Positions 29,767 to 39,811 of a DNA stretch of 64,000 bases are shown here, piece by piece. The first letter of the stretch is position 1, and every line of letters begins with the position of its first letter. This DNA comes from Alphaproteobacteria bacterium. GTDB taxonomy: Bacteria; Pseudomonadota; Alphaproteobacteria; UBA828. The DNA is taken from contig CAXXMU010000001.1 of the NCBI GenBank assembly GCA_963667785.2, positions 800,001 to 864,000 of the forward strand, written 5' to 3'. Position numbers and translations under genes: made by a program. The notes under the pieces are model-generated. The model had not been told where the DNA came from and did no database searches. It saw nothing but the letters and a program-made list of their open reading frames with translations.

Positions 29767-30570
29767 CTACTCGCTGCGCTCCTGCCGCCGCCTGCGGACG
29801 ACCAGGAACATGTAGCCGCCGAAGAGGATCGCGATGGCGCCGAACACCGAGAGCGCGCCCATGGTCGGGATCATCGGCGTGTAGCCGGAGCCCATCTTTG
29901 TGTAGAGCCACTCGGTCACCGTGCTGTCGGCGCCGGTGGTGAAGGTCGATAGCGGGAAATTGCCCCACGACAGCAGGAAGGCGAAGAGCGCGCCGGAGAA
30001 GAGGCCGGGCGCGAGCGCGGGCAGCGTGACCTCGCGGAAGGCCTGCCAGCGGTTGGCCCCGAGATCGTAGGCGGCCTCCTCCTGGGCTGCGTCGAAGCCG
30101 TAGACCTGGATCGAGATCACCAGGGTCACGATCGGCACGATCCAGACCAGATGGGCGAAGACCGCCGCTTCCCAGCTCGGCAACACGCCCACATAGGTGA
30201 ACCAGAGCAGCAGCGCGAGGCCGAGCACGGCCTGCGGGAAGAAGATCGGCAGCATGATGAGGCGCTGATAGAACTGGCGGCCGCGCCAGTCGTAGCGGGC
30301 GAAGGCGAGCGCGCCGAAGAAGCCGAGCACGACCGAGATCAGGGCGACGCAGCCGGCGACGTAGAACGAGGTGAGGTGGAGGTCCGTCGTCAGGTTGGCG
30401 CCCAGCGTCTGGTCGTACCACTTGTCGCTCCACGCCTTCACGGGGAAGCGGAAGTAGCGGGACTTGCCGAACGAGCTGACGATGACCGAGAAGATCGGGA
30501 TGTAGAGGAAGAGCGCGATCACGCCGGTCCAGACCGCGATCAGGCTCGTCACCCAGCGCTTTCTCTCCAT
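29767..30570 (-). CDS. Polyamine-type ABC transporter permease (PotC-like)
   Basis: FLYIPI, EEAAYDLGA (EAA motif), VTLP. Confidence 0.88.
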   Translation of the reverse strand: MERKRWVTSLIAVWTGVIALFLYIPIFSVIVSSFGKSRYFRFPVKAWSDKWYDQTLGANLTTDLHLTSFYVAGCVALISVVLGFFGALAFARYDWRGRQFYQRLIMLPIFFPQAVLGLALLLWFTYVGVLPSWEAAVFAHLVWIVPIVTLVISIQVYGFDAAQEEAAYDLGANRWQAFREVTLPALAPGLFSGALFAFLLSWGNFPLSTFTTGADSTVTEWLYTKMGSGYTPMIPTMGALSVFGAIAILFGGYMFLVVRRRRQERSE

Positions 30571-30618
30571 CTCAGAGCGCCCCGCCGCCGCAGGGGCGCG
30601 CGCCTGCGCCCGCCCGCA

Positions 30619-31533
30619 TCATCGTCGGCCCAGCAGCCGGTCGAGGTCGAGCCGGCGCATCAACAGCACCACCAGGAAGCCGGTGACGACGATGGTGAGC
30701 ACCGAGATCGCGGACCCCAGCGGCCAGTTCTGCGCGTAGGTGAACTCGTGCTGGATGTCCTGGGCGATGACCGGCGTGTTCTGGCCGCCGAGCAGCTTGG
30801 CCTCCGAGATCGCGCCCACCGCCAGCACGAAGGTCAGCAGCGCGCCGATGAGGATGCCGGGCATGGCGATGGGGAGCTCCACCTCGCGGAAGATCTGGAA
30901 GCGGCTGGCGCCGAGATCGCGCGATGCCTCCACCTGATCGCGCGGCACCATGGAGAGCCCGAGCACGATGGGGAAGAGGGTGAAGGGCAGATAGACGTAG
31001 ATCATGCCCATGAGGATGGTGCCGGGCTCGTAGAGCAACGTGCCGGTGTCGATGCCGAAAGCGGTCTTGAGTCCGCCCGCCAGGATGCCGCCGCCCTTGA
31101 TCAGGAACAGGTACCAGCCGAAGAGCCTCACGTTCTCCGAGACGAAGAGGGGGATGACGAGGACCAGCATGACCGGCGCGGCCCAGCGGCCGAACAGCTT
31201 GGAGAGGCCGTAGGCGATGGGGTAGCCGATCAGGAGGTTGCAGGCGACGGTGAGCGCGGCCAGCGCGAACGACCAGACGAAGGAGATGTAGTAGCTCTCG
31301 GTGAAGATGTGCTCGTAGTTCTCGGTGGTGAAGCCTGCGCCGAGGTCGAAGGTGCGCTCCGGGGTGAAGCTGAAGGCCAGCACGATCACCAACGGGCCGA
31401 CGAAGCCGATCAGGAAGTAGATCAGCACCGGGGCTGCGCTCAGCACGCCCGGCGAGCGCAGCCAGCCGAGCAGCAGCGCCGGTATGCTGGGCTGGCGCAG
31501 CAGCGCCGCAGGCGCCTCGGAACGGTCGGTCAT
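30619..31533 (-). CDS. Polyamine-type ABC transporter permease (PotB-like)
   Basis: GYPIAY, YVYLPF, EASRDLGA, NWPLGSA. Confidence 0.88.
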   Translation of the reverse strand: MTDRSEAPAALLRQPSIPALLLGWLRSPGVLSAAPVLIYFLIGFVGPLVIVLAFSFTPERTFDLGAGFTTENYEHIFTESYYISFVWSFALAALTVACNLLIGYPIAYGLSKLFGRWAAPVMLVLVIPLFVSENVRLFGWYLFLIKGGGILAGGLKTAFGIDTGTLLYEPGTILMGMIYVYLPFTLFPIVLGLSMVPRDQVEASRDLGASRFQIFREVELPIAMPGILIGALLTFVLAVGAISEAKLLGGQNTPVIAQDIQHEFTYAQNWPLGSAISVLTIVVTGFLVVLLMRRLDLDRLLGRR

Positions 31534-32600
31534 CAGTCGGTCACGAGCACGCTGTCCTTGGCATCCCAGCCGATCAGGACGTCGTCGTTGAGCGAACCCT
31601 GATAGGCGTGCTCCCGGAGCTTCTCGACGACGAACATGCTATCGCCCGCGCTCACGTGGTACTGCACCCGGGAGCCCAGCGCGTACTCGTTGAAGAGCGA
31701 CCCCTCTAGGTGGTTCTCCGCCTCCGAAGGGTCGTTCAGGAAGCGCATCGATTCGGGCCGGATGACGAGATAGCCCCGGGCAAAGCCGTCGGGCCGCGCC
31801 GGGCTGGTGAAGCGGCGCTCGAAGGCGGGGCAGTCGATGCCGCCGTCGGCGCCGGTCTGCACCGCCAGCGTGTTCACCTCGCCCATGAACTCCGAGACGA
31901 ACTTGTTGCGCGGCTGCAGATAGATCTCGTTGGGCGAGCCGATTTGGATGAGCCGCCCCTCCTGCATGATGCCGATGCGGTCGCTCATCACCATCGCCTC
32001 CTCGAGGGAGTGGGTGATGTAGACGAAGGTCTTGCCGGTGGTGCGGTGGAGGTCCTTGAGCTCGACCTCGAGCAGCTTGCGCAGGCGATAGTCGATTGCC
32101 GACAGCGGCTCATCAAAGAACAGGATCTCCGGGTCGGACGCGAGCGCGCGGGCGAGCGCCACGCGCTGGCGCTCCCCGCCGGAGCACTTGGTCACGGACT
32201 TGTCGTAATAGTCTTCCGGCAGCTGGACCAGCTTCATCAGCGAGAGCCCGCGCTCGCGGCGGGCGCGGCGGCTCTCGCCCCGCATCTTCAGCGAGAACTC
32301 GATGTTCTGGCCGACCGTCTTGTGATTGAAGAGGGCGAGGGACTGGAAGACCATGCAGGTGGGCCGCCGGTTGGCGGGCACACTGTTGACCCGCTCCTCG
32401 CGCAGGTAGATGTCGCCTACCGTCGGCTTCTCCAGCCCGCCCAGCATGCGGAGCAGCGTGGTCTTGCCGCTGCCCGACGGGCCGACGATGGTGAAGAACT
32501 CGCCTTCGCGGATGTTGAGGCTGACGTCGTTCACCGCGACCAGTCGGCCGAACTGCTTGGTCAGGTTGACCATGCGCAGGATGGGCGCGGCTTCCGCCAT
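31533..32600 (-). CDS. Polyamine-type ABC transporter ATP-binding protein (PotA-like)
   Basis: GPSGSGKTT, MVFQSLALF, SGGERQR, DEPLSA, C-terminal TOBE domain. Confidence 0.9.
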   Translation of the reverse strand: MAEAAPILRMVNLTKQFGRLVAVNDVSLNIREGEFFTIVGPSGSGKTTLLRMLGGLEKPTVGDIYLREERVNSVPANRRPTCMVFQSLALFNHKTVGQNIEFSLKMRGESRRARRERGLSLMKLVQLPEDYYDKSVTKCSGGERQRVALARALASDPEILFFDEPLSAIDYRLRKLLEVELKDLHRTTGKTFVYITHSLEEAMVMSDRIGIMQEGRLIQIGSPNEIYLQPRNKFVSEFMGEVNTLAVQTGADGGIDCPAFERRFTSPARPDGFARGYLVIRPESMRFLNDPSEAENHLEGSLFNEYALGSRVQYHVSAGDSMFVVEKLREHAYQGSLNDDVLIGWDAKDSVLVTD

Positions 32601-32725
32601 GACGCTCGTCCCCTAGTCCTCTTTACGCAAATGCGCCGCCGCCCGGCCGGAGCCGGCCGGGCGTGCGGTCGGAGCGGGAGCGCGCGGCGTCAGCCGCCGC
32701 ACGCTCCCGCCGAAGCCGCCCGGGT

Positions 32726-33919
32726 TTAGCTCTTCTCGCGCCGCGCCGCCGTGTAGATGTCGTAGAGCCGGTTGTAGTCCGGCACCACGTCGTACTCGAC
32801 GGAGTGCGAGATGCGGTAGTCGAACTCGTCCCACTGGAAGGAGTCGAGCTCCTCCGCCGTGAACTTGGCGAGCAGTTCAGGCTGCGACATCTGGCCCACC
32901 GGCAGCAGGAATCCGCCGGCGGTCGCCACCGCGTAGGAGGTGTCGGGCTGGAGGATGTACTCCATCCAGTCCATGGCCTTCGGGTGCAGGTCTGGATTGT
33001 TGACCACCGAGCTGAGCTCGATCCAGTTGATCCCGCCCTTGCCGTCGGCAGGCCCGCTCTTCGGCACCACGTGATAGAGGTTGGTGAGGCCGTCGAGCCT
33101 GGCTGCCGAGATCGAGTAGGTGCCGCCGCCGAAGTACATGTCGATCTCGCCGTTGACCACGGCGAGGTTCACGGCGACGAAGTCGTCCGAGACCATCTTC
33201 GCGCCGTTGATGAGCCGCCTGGCGGCTTCCTCGAAGATCGCGACCTGGTCGTCGGTCTTCTCCTTGAACGGGTGCAGGCCGGCGGCCATGCAGATGTGCA
33301 TGATGTTCCAGTTGTCGTAGGCGAGGATGCCGTAGCGGCCGGCCATGTCGGGATTGTTGAAGAGATCCCAGCCCTCGTCCTTCGCCATGTCAGCCGAAAT
33401 CACGTCGGTGTTGACGACGAAGTCGAAGGTATCCACCCGCTGGCAGACTCCCAGAAGATGCTCGTTGTCGAGGCTCATCGCCCACTTGTAGGGCGGATGG
33501 AACATCGGCAGCATCGCCTCGAAGTAGGGCTCGAAGCGGGCACGGTCGAGCTCGACGATCAGCCCCTCCGGCCACATCATCTCGCGCGCCCACGGGTTGT
33601 TCAGGTTGATGATGTCCCAGATGGCGGTCTCGCCGGCGCGGAGCTTGTTGACCGAATCCGGGTCGGAGGTGTGAAGCTCGTACTTGATCCCGGTGTCGTA
33701 CTGATCGGTGAAGCCGTCGAGCACGCGCGGGTCGACATAGCCGTCCCACGTCAGCATCGTCAGCTCGTCGGCGGCCCGGGCCCCGCCCGCGAAGGCGCCG
33801 CCCGCGCCGAGCGCGAGCGCGCCTGCACCGATGCCCTGCAGCACCTGCCGCCTGGTTGCGGCGGCGCCCCGCACCGGATCGCGCTTCACCATCTGCTTGA
33901 GAATTCGTTCCTCGTTCAT
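32726..33919 (-). CDS. PotD/PotF-like substrate-binding protein, Tat-exported
   Basis: TRRQVL Tat motif, LTWDGY, KLRAGE..WDII; GGAG RBS. Confidence 0.8.
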   Translation of the reverse strand: MNEERILKQMVKRDPVRGAAATRRQVLQGIGAGALALGAGGAFAGGARAADELTMLTWDGYVDPRVLDGFTDQYDTGIKYELHTSDPDSVNKLRAGETAIWDIINLNNPWAREMMWPEGLIVELDRARFEPYFEAMLPMFHPPYKWAMSLDNEHLLGVCQRVDTFDFVVNTDVISADMAKDEGWDLFNNPDMAGRYGILAYDNWNIMHICMAAGLHPFKEKTDDQVAIFEEAARRLINGAKMVSDDFVAVNLAVVNGEIDMYFGGGTYSISAARLDGLTNLYHVVPKSGPADGKGGINWIELSSVVNNPDLHPKAMDWMEYILQPDTSYAVATAGGFLLPVGQMSQPELLAKFTAEELDSFQWDEFDYRISHSVEYDVVPDYNRLYDIYTAARREKS

Positions 33920-34126
33920 GGCTGTCTCCCCTGTGGCGCCGCGCTGCGGGGCCCGCGTCCAGCCCGTATCCAGCGGCAGCAATAGATCGTGACGCGCCGT
34001 GCGACCTCCGCGTCGGGGCGGAGGCGATCGTCGGCCCAATCTAAACACAATCGCCGCGGCGTCTCACCCCGAAATCGTCTGCCGGCGCAGGCGTCGGCAG
34101 CAGGGAGGGGCGGTGGGGCGGGAGAT

Positions 34127-34846
34127 TCAGCCGGCGCTGGCCATCAGGTCGGCGCGCGCGCGTTCCATGTGGGCCGTGACCACCTCTACGGCGCGCTCGG
34201 CATCGCGCAGCGAGAGCGCCACCAGCAGCGCCCGATGCTCGCCGTTGTAGGCGGAGATCTGGGAGGGCGTGAGAATCTTGTTCTTGATCGAGTCCCACTG
34301 CTGGTGGGTGCGGACGTGGTTGATCCGGTGATAGATGTCCACGAGCAGCGGGTTGTGGGTGGCCTCCGCCAGCCGGAGGTGGAACATCTCGTCGGTCAGC
34401 GAGAACCGCTCGGGGTCCTCCTGCCCTTCCATCTCGGCAAGCGCCCGCTCCAGAGCGGCCATGTCGCGCGCGGTGGCGTTGCGAACCGCCAGCCGCGCCA
34501 TCTGCGGCTCGATGGCAGCACGGACCTCGACCAGTTCGAGTGGCGAGGTGATCTCGGACACGTCGGTATCGCCGAGCTGGGGTTCGTAGATGACGAAGGT
34601 GCCGCTGCCTACCCGGCGCGCCACCAGTCCTCGCGCCGACAGCGAGCGTAGCGCCTCGCGCACCGTGCCGCGCGACGCGGAGAAGGATTCGGCGAGGCTC
34701 CGCTCGGGCGGCAGGCGGTCGCCCGTCGTCAGAGAGCCGTCGAGGATCTGCTGCGCGAGCCGGGCCGCGATCGAGTCGGCAGCCGAATCGGCCGTCCTCG
34801 GTGCGCCGCCGTTCCCGTCTCCGGACCGTGTGCCTTCTGCCTCCAT
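34127..34846 (-). CDS. GntR/FadR family transcriptional regulator
   Basis: GDRLPPERSLAE...SRGTVREAL, RVGSGTFV, FCD domain (DEMFH...ATHNP...EH). Confidence 0.92.
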   Translation of the reverse strand: MEAEGTRSGDGNGGAPRTADSAADSIAARLAQQILDGSLTTGDRLPPERSLAESFSASRGTVREALRSLSARGLVARRVGSGTFVIYEPQLGDTDVSEITSPLELVEVRAAIEPQMARLAVRNATARDMAALERALAEMEGQEDPERFSLTDEMFHLRLAEATHNPLLVDIYHRINHVRTHQQWDSIKNKILTPSQISAYNGEHRALLVALSLRDAERAVEVVTAHMERARADLMASAG

Positions 34847-34968
34847 CGCACCAGCCCATCAGTCGTCGCGTATCGCCCGACGGTTGTCCCACGGCACTGC
34901 AGGCAGCGGGTGGACCGCGAGCATCCCATTGCTTTAATCAATTTCTGAGAATCGTTCAACCATTTATT

Positions 34969-35038
34969 ACAATTGGTACACAATTGGTCACATCAGCTAT
35001 GCCATTGGTTTGGCGATTGGCGCACAATTGGCTTGACA
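34969..35038. promoter_or_regulatory. AT-rich operator/promoter region with five phased ATTGG boxes and a TTGACA -35
   Basis: ATTGG at 34972, 34983, 35004, 35016 and 35027 (three as ACAATTGG); TTGACA at 35033..35038. Confidence 0.6.
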
Positions 35039-35104
35039 AATGTCGGCCTCCCGGCTTGAGTCCGCCCCCGAAATTCGGTCCCGCAATGCCGAGGAGGCGG
35101 ATGG

Positions 35105-36448
35105 ATGGCGCTCCCGGGCCACGTCAAGTATCTGGTCATCGGTGCCGGAATCCACGGCCTGAGCACGGCCTATCACCTGGCCCTCGGGCTGGAGGCGGAG
35201 GGGCGCGGCAGCGGCGCCGACATCGCGGTGGTGGACAAGACCGCGATCGCCGCCGGCGCCTCCGGCATCGCCTGCGGCGTGGTCCGCAACAACTATTACC
35301 AGCCCGCGATGCGCGAGCTGATGGCCGCCTGCGTCGAGGTGTGGGAGAGCGACCCCGAGGCCTACCACTACCACCCCGTGGGCTACATGCAGATCAGCCC
35401 CGAGAGCATGCACGGGCAGGTCGCCGAGATCGCCGAGCAGCAGCGGGCGATCGGCTACGAGTCCGAGTTCGTCGAGGGCGAGGCCGACTGCGCGCGCTAC
35501 ATGCAGCGGCTGTTCGGCGACTGGCGGGCGCCGGGCGTGACCTCCATCCTGCACGAGAAGAAGGGCGGCTACGCCAACAACCGCGCCTCCATGCTGGGGC
35601 TCGCGGCCAAGGCGGAGGGCACGGGCGTGCGCATCCTCACCGGTGTCGAGGTCACGGGCTTCGGCTTCGGCGCCAACTCGAAGGCCGTGACCTCGGTTGA
35701 GACCAGCGAGGGCAGCATCGGAGTCGATCAGGTCGTCGTCGGCGCGGGCCCCTGGGTGCCTCGCATCTGGGACATGCTGGACCTGCCGGATCGCATCGAC
35801 CTGAAGGACCTCGAGGGCACGGTGCACCGCGACGTCGCGATGTGGCGCTTCTGGTGCCTCGAGGAGGGCACCCTCGGCGTCGAGCCCTCGTTCGGCATGA
35901 CGGATGCCGGGTCGATGCCGCCAGTCATCCACGTCGATTCCGACGAGCCCCTCTATTCCGACGTGGACGGCAGGCTGATCACCGACGAGATGTGGGGCAT
36001 CTACTACAAGCCCGACTTCAATTTCGGCGGCGTCCAGGGCGGCGCCGCGCCCTACAAGGTGGAGACGCCTGCCGCCGACGTGGCGATCGATCCCTACGGG
36101 CCGGAATCGCCCGAGTTCATCGTCGACGACGAGTTCAGGGAGATGTGGTGCTCGGCGCTCGCCTTCTGCCAGGGCCGCTACAGCGGCCAGATCGGGCGCT
36201 GGCGCGACGAGCCCTCGGGCGGGATCGGCGCGTTCACCGCGGACAGCTTTCCCGTCTTCGACCGCTTCCGCGAGAACTGCTATGTGATCGCCGATTCGAA
36301 CCACGGCTACAAGATGCTCGCCGTCGGCAAGCTGGTCGCCGAAGAGCTGCTAGGCCGGGAGAGCGCCCTGCTGCAGCCCTTCCGCTTCTCGCGCTTTGCC
36401 GAGGGCCGCCTTCACCCGACCTCCAACAGCCCCTTCCCGTGGAGCTGA
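35105..36448 (+). CDS. FAD-dependent oxidoreductase (DAO / sarcosine oxidase beta / MgdA-like)
   Basis: VIGAGIHGLSTAYHL, GASGIACGVVRNNY, HGYK, FRFSRF. Confidence 0.8.
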   Translation: MALPGHVKYLVIGAGIHGLSTAYHLALGLEAEGRGSGADIAVVDKTAIAAGASGIACGVVRNNYYQPAMRELMAACVEVWESDPEAYHYHPVGYMQISPESMHGQVAEIAEQQRAIGYESEFVEGEADCARYMQRLFGDWRAPGVTSILHEKKGGYANNRASMLGLAAKAEGTGVRILTGVEVTGFGFGANSKAVTSVETSEGSIGVDQVVVGAGPWVPRIWDMLDLPDRIDLKDLEGTVHRDVAMWRFWCLEEGTLGVEPSFGMTDAGSMPPVIHVDSDEPLYSDVDGRLITDEMWGIYYKPDFNFGGVQGGAAPYKVETPAADVAIDPYGPESPEFIVDDEFREMWCSALAFCQGRYSGQIGRWRDEPSGGIGAFTADSFPVFDRFRENCYVIADSNHGYKMLAVGKLVAEELLGRESALLQPFRFSRFAEGRLHPTSNSPFPWS

Positions 36449-36481
36449 CGAGGCCACGCGACCGCCAGGGAGGAAGCGCAG

Positions 36482-37951
36482 ATGACCGATCTCGAGGCCC
36501 ATGTGAACCGGGAGGGCCGCGCCGAGCTGGTGCGGCAGGTGCGCGCCAAGATCGACGAGCTGGGCGTCACCTATATCTACTACCAGTTCGTCTCGGTCAC
36601 CGGGCGGATCGTCGGCAAGGGCATCCCCGCCGATCATTGGGAGCAGATCGCCGAGCGCGGCTTCCAGCTCGTCTACGGCTCCACCGCCAATCTCTTTACC
36701 GACCGCCACTCCAATTACATCGGCTACGGGCCGGAGGCGTCCGAGCTGGTCGGCATTCCCGATCCCGAGACCTTCGTCCAGCTGCCCTGGGACAAGCGCG
36801 TCGCGCGCGTCTTCTGCACCTGCTTCCGCAACCGCGAGGAGCGGGAGAACCCCGGCGGCCACCTGACCTCGGACTGTCGCGGCAACCTGCGGATCATCCA
36901 CGACGAGTTCCAGGCCAAGCACGGCATGCAGATGCGCCACGGCACCGAGCCCGAGATGATGTGGCTGAAGCGCGGCGCTGACGGCGGCACTGACGGCGGC
37001 GTGACCAAGCCCAACTGCTACCACATCGACCAGTTCGAGGAGCTCAGGCCGATCTTCATGCAGGTGGTCGAGTACTCCCAGGCCATGGGTCTCGACATGA
37101 TCCAGGGCGACCACGAGGACGCGCCCGGCCAGCTCGAGCTCAACTTCACCTTCGACGACGCGCTGAGGACCGCCGACCGGCTCACCACCTACCGCCAGAT
37201 CTGCGCCCAGGTCGCGCGCGAGCACGGCGTCATCGCCTGCTTCATGTCGAAGCCCTTCATGGGGGTCTCGGCCAGCGGCTGCCACCACAACGTCTCGCTC
37301 TGGTCGGGCGGGGCGCAGCAGGTCAACGCGCTCCATCAGGACCCGATCGCCGGCATGGACGACACCTTTAGCTACTGGAAGGGCGGCGAGAACCTGTTCA
37401 TGCCGGATCCCAAGCTGGATGCCCACAAGCCCGGGCCGGTCGGCCTGCAATGCATCGGGGGCGTGATGGAGCACCTTGCCGCGCTCACCGCGCTGGGCTC
37501 GTCCACGGTCAACTCGTATCGGCGGCTGTGGGATACGGGCTTCTGGGCGCCAGTCTTCGCCGACTGGGGCTACCAGAACCGGACCTGCGGCCTGCGCGTC
37601 TCGGCACCGGGCCGATTCGAGTATCGCTCGGTCGATTCGATGGTCAATCCGTACCTGATGGCTGGCGCCATTCTCAAGGCCTTCGACGACGGCATCGGCC
37701 GCGACCTCGACCCGGGCGAGCCGGAGGAGCGCAACATCTACCAGGCCATGGAGGCCGGCAAGCTGGTGAAGAAGCTGCCGATGTCGCTCGGCGAGGCGCT
37801 CGATGCGCTGGAGCGCGACGAGGTCATCAGGGCGGCGCTGCCGGACGAGATGCTCAAGGTCTTCATGCACTACAAACGTGACGAGTGGGAGCGCTTCATG
37901 TCCACCGTCACCGAATGGGACGTCGAGACCTATCTCGACTGCCTGCCCTAA
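36482..37951 (+). CDS. Glutamine synthetase-like gamma-glutamyl-amine ligase (GlnT/GmaS-like, non-canonical)
   Basis: GTEPE, DHEDAPGQLE, FMSKPF...SGCH, NSYRRL, NRTCGLR, FEYR, NPYL. Confidence 0.8.
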   Translation: MTDLEAHVNREGRAELVRQVRAKIDELGVTYIYYQFVSVTGRIVGKGIPADHWEQIAERGFQLVYGSTANLFTDRHSNYIGYGPEASELVGIPDPETFVQLPWDKRVARVFCTCFRNREERENPGGHLTSDCRGNLRIIHDEFQAKHGMQMRHGTEPEMMWLKRGADGGTDGGVTKPNCYHIDQFEELRPIFMQVVEYSQAMGLDMIQGDHEDAPGQLELNFTFDDALRTADRLTTYRQICAQVAREHGVIACFMSKPFMGVSASGCHHNVSLWSGGAQQVNALHQDPIAGMDDTFSYWKGGENLFMPDPKLDAHKPGPVGLQCIGGVMEHLAALTALGSSTVNSYRRLWDTGFWAPVFADWGYQNRTCGLRVSAPGRFEYRSVDSMVNPYLMAGAILKAFDDGIGRDLDPGEPEERNIYQAMEAGKLVKKLPMSLGEALDALERDEVIRAALPDEMLKVFMHYKRDEWERFMSTVTEWDVETYLDCLP

Positions 37952-37974
37952 CCGAAGCGAGAAGCGAGGCGCCC

Positions 37975-38931
37975 ATGTGCGGGATAGCAGGACTGATCCA
38001 CCGGGGATCGAGCGGAGACATCGGCGCGGAGATGACCGCGATGCTTCAGGCGTTGAAGCACCGCGGGCCGGATTCGACCGGCTTTGCCATCTACGGCATT
38101 CCGGCAGGCTCCGACCACGTGATGCGCTTCAAGGTGGCGGAGCAGGAGGACATCGGCAAGGGCTTCGAAATCCACCAGCAGATCAAGGATCGCAAGGCGG
38201 AGGTCGATGCGCGCATCCGCAGCATGGACGTGGAGATCCTCGGCGAGGACGAGGCGACCGAGTATGCGTTCCGCTACCGCCTGCGCTTCCCCGGTGACGA
38301 CGATGACGGCCAGCAGCGACTCAAGCGCTTTGCCGACTACATCGAGGACGTCGAGGGGGCGGAGATCCTCTCCCTCGGCCGCGCGCTGGAGCTCATCAAG
38401 GACCTGGGCGACGCCGGCATCGTGAGCGAGCAGTACAGCCTCGCCGGCTTCCAGGGCACCCACGCCATCGGCCACACGCGGATGGCCACGGAATCCGACG
38501 TCGATATCCGCTCGGCCCATCCCTACTGGGCCTATCCCTTCACCGATATCTCCGTGGTCCACAACGGCCAGCTCACCAACTACTGGAAGTTCCGCCGGGC
38601 GCTGGAGCACCGGGGCCATCGTTTCATGTCGAATTGCGATTCCGAGCTGATCGCCGTCTACCTCGCCGACCGGATCGAGCGGGGCGATTCGCTCAAGGAC
38701 GCGATGGACCGCTCGGTGAGCGAGCTCGACGGCGTCTTCACCTACCTGGTGGCGACCGCCGACAGCCTGGGCATGGCCAAGGACACGATGGCGGCCAAGC
38801 CCATGGTGCTCTACGAGAGCGACGACTTCGTCGGCCTCGCCTCGGAGGAAGTCGCCATCCGCAGCATCATGCCCGACGAGATCGACACCTGGGATCCCTA
38901 CGAGGGGGAGGTCAAGGTATGGCAGAACTGA
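37975..38931 (+). CDS. Class II glutamine amidotransferase (MgsA/GlxB-like)
   Basis: N-terminal MCGI, HRGPDSTG, GHTRMATES, HNGQLTN, DSE. Confidence 0.82.
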   Translation: MCGIAGLIHRGSSGDIGAEMTAMLQALKHRGPDSTGFAIYGIPAGSDHVMRFKVAEQEDIGKGFEIHQQIKDRKAEVDARIRSMDVEILGEDEATEYAFRYRLRFPGDDDDGQQRLKRFADYIEDVEGAEILSLGRALELIKDLGDAGIVSEQYSLAGFQGTHAIGHTRMATESDVDIRSAHPYWAYPFTDISVVHNGQLTNYWKFRRALEHRGHRFMSNCDSELIAVYLADRIERGDSLKDAMDRSVSELDGVFTYLVATADSLGMAKDTMAAKPMVLYESDDFVGLASEEVAIRSIMPDEIDTWDPYEGEVKVWQN

Positions 38932-39770
38932 GCCCCGCCGACCGGCACAAATCCCATGACATGGGGCTGCACGCCGAGCAGCTCGCCGGCCGCACCCAGC
39001 AGGTCTTCTTCTCGCCCGAGGAAGGCGACAACTACACCTATCCCGAGGGCTTCGACGTCGACTTCTCGAAGAAGGCGACGATCGACGTGGCGGAGATGGA
39101 GGCGCCCGAGGTCAACCTCCGCATCCGCGAGCTGATGGGCGAGGGCTACGGCCACATCGTGGTTCAGAACCCGCTGGCCAAGCATTCGCTCGGCGTCGGC
39201 ATCCTCAACCGCCTGAAGCTCGATTTCGAGGGCAGCCTCGGCTACTTCGGCTGCGGCCTGATCGACGGCCCCAACGTCCACATCAAGGGCCGCGTCGGCT
39301 GGTCCTGCGCCGAGAACATGATGGCCGGCGTCGTGGTGGTGGAGAAGAACGCGGGCTCGACCTTCGGCGCGGCGCTTCGCGGTGGCGACCTCGTCTGCAA
39401 GGGCGACGTGGGCTCGCGCACCGGCATCGACATGAAGGGCGGCACCATCCTCATCGGCGGCCGTGCCGGCGCGTTCACCGGCTTCATGATGCAGCGCGGC
39501 CGCATCGTCATCCTCGGCGACGCGGGCCCCAACCTCGGCGATTCCCTCTACGACGGCACGATCTTCGTCGGCGGCACCATCGCCTCCCTCGGCGTCGACG
39601 CCGTGCCCGGCGAGATCACCGACGTCGAGGCGCGCTGGCTCGAGCGGAAGCTCGAGACCTACGGGCTGGAGGCGCCGAACGGCGTCGCCGGGCTCACCAA
39701 GATCGTCGCCGGCAAGCAGCTCTGGAACTACGACAACCTCGAACCGACCGAGAAGAAGATCGCGCTCTGA
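38919..39770 (+). CDS. GXGXG (GltB-C/FwdC) domain protein (MgsB/GlxC-like)
   Basis: Gly-rich beta-helix repeats: AENMMAG, GIDMKGGTI, GFMMQRG, LGDSLYDG. Confidence 0.82.
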   Translation: MAELSPADRHKSHDMGLHAEQLAGRTQQVFFSPEEGDNYTYPEGFDVDFSKKATIDVAEMEAPEVNLRIRELMGEGYGHIVVQNPLAKHSLGVGILNRLKLDFEGSLGYFGCGLIDGPNVHIKGRVGWSCAENMMAGVVVVEKNAGSTFGAALRGGDLVCKGDVGSRTGIDMKGGTILIGGRAGAFTGFMMQRGRIVILGDAGPNLGDSLYDGTIFVGGTIASLGVDAVPGEITDVEARWLERKLETYGLEAPNGVAGLTKIVAGKQLWNYDNLEPTEKKIAL

Positions 39771-39811
39771 GCGCGCCTTCTCGCCGATCGCTACCCTGCA
39801 AGGAGCCCGCA

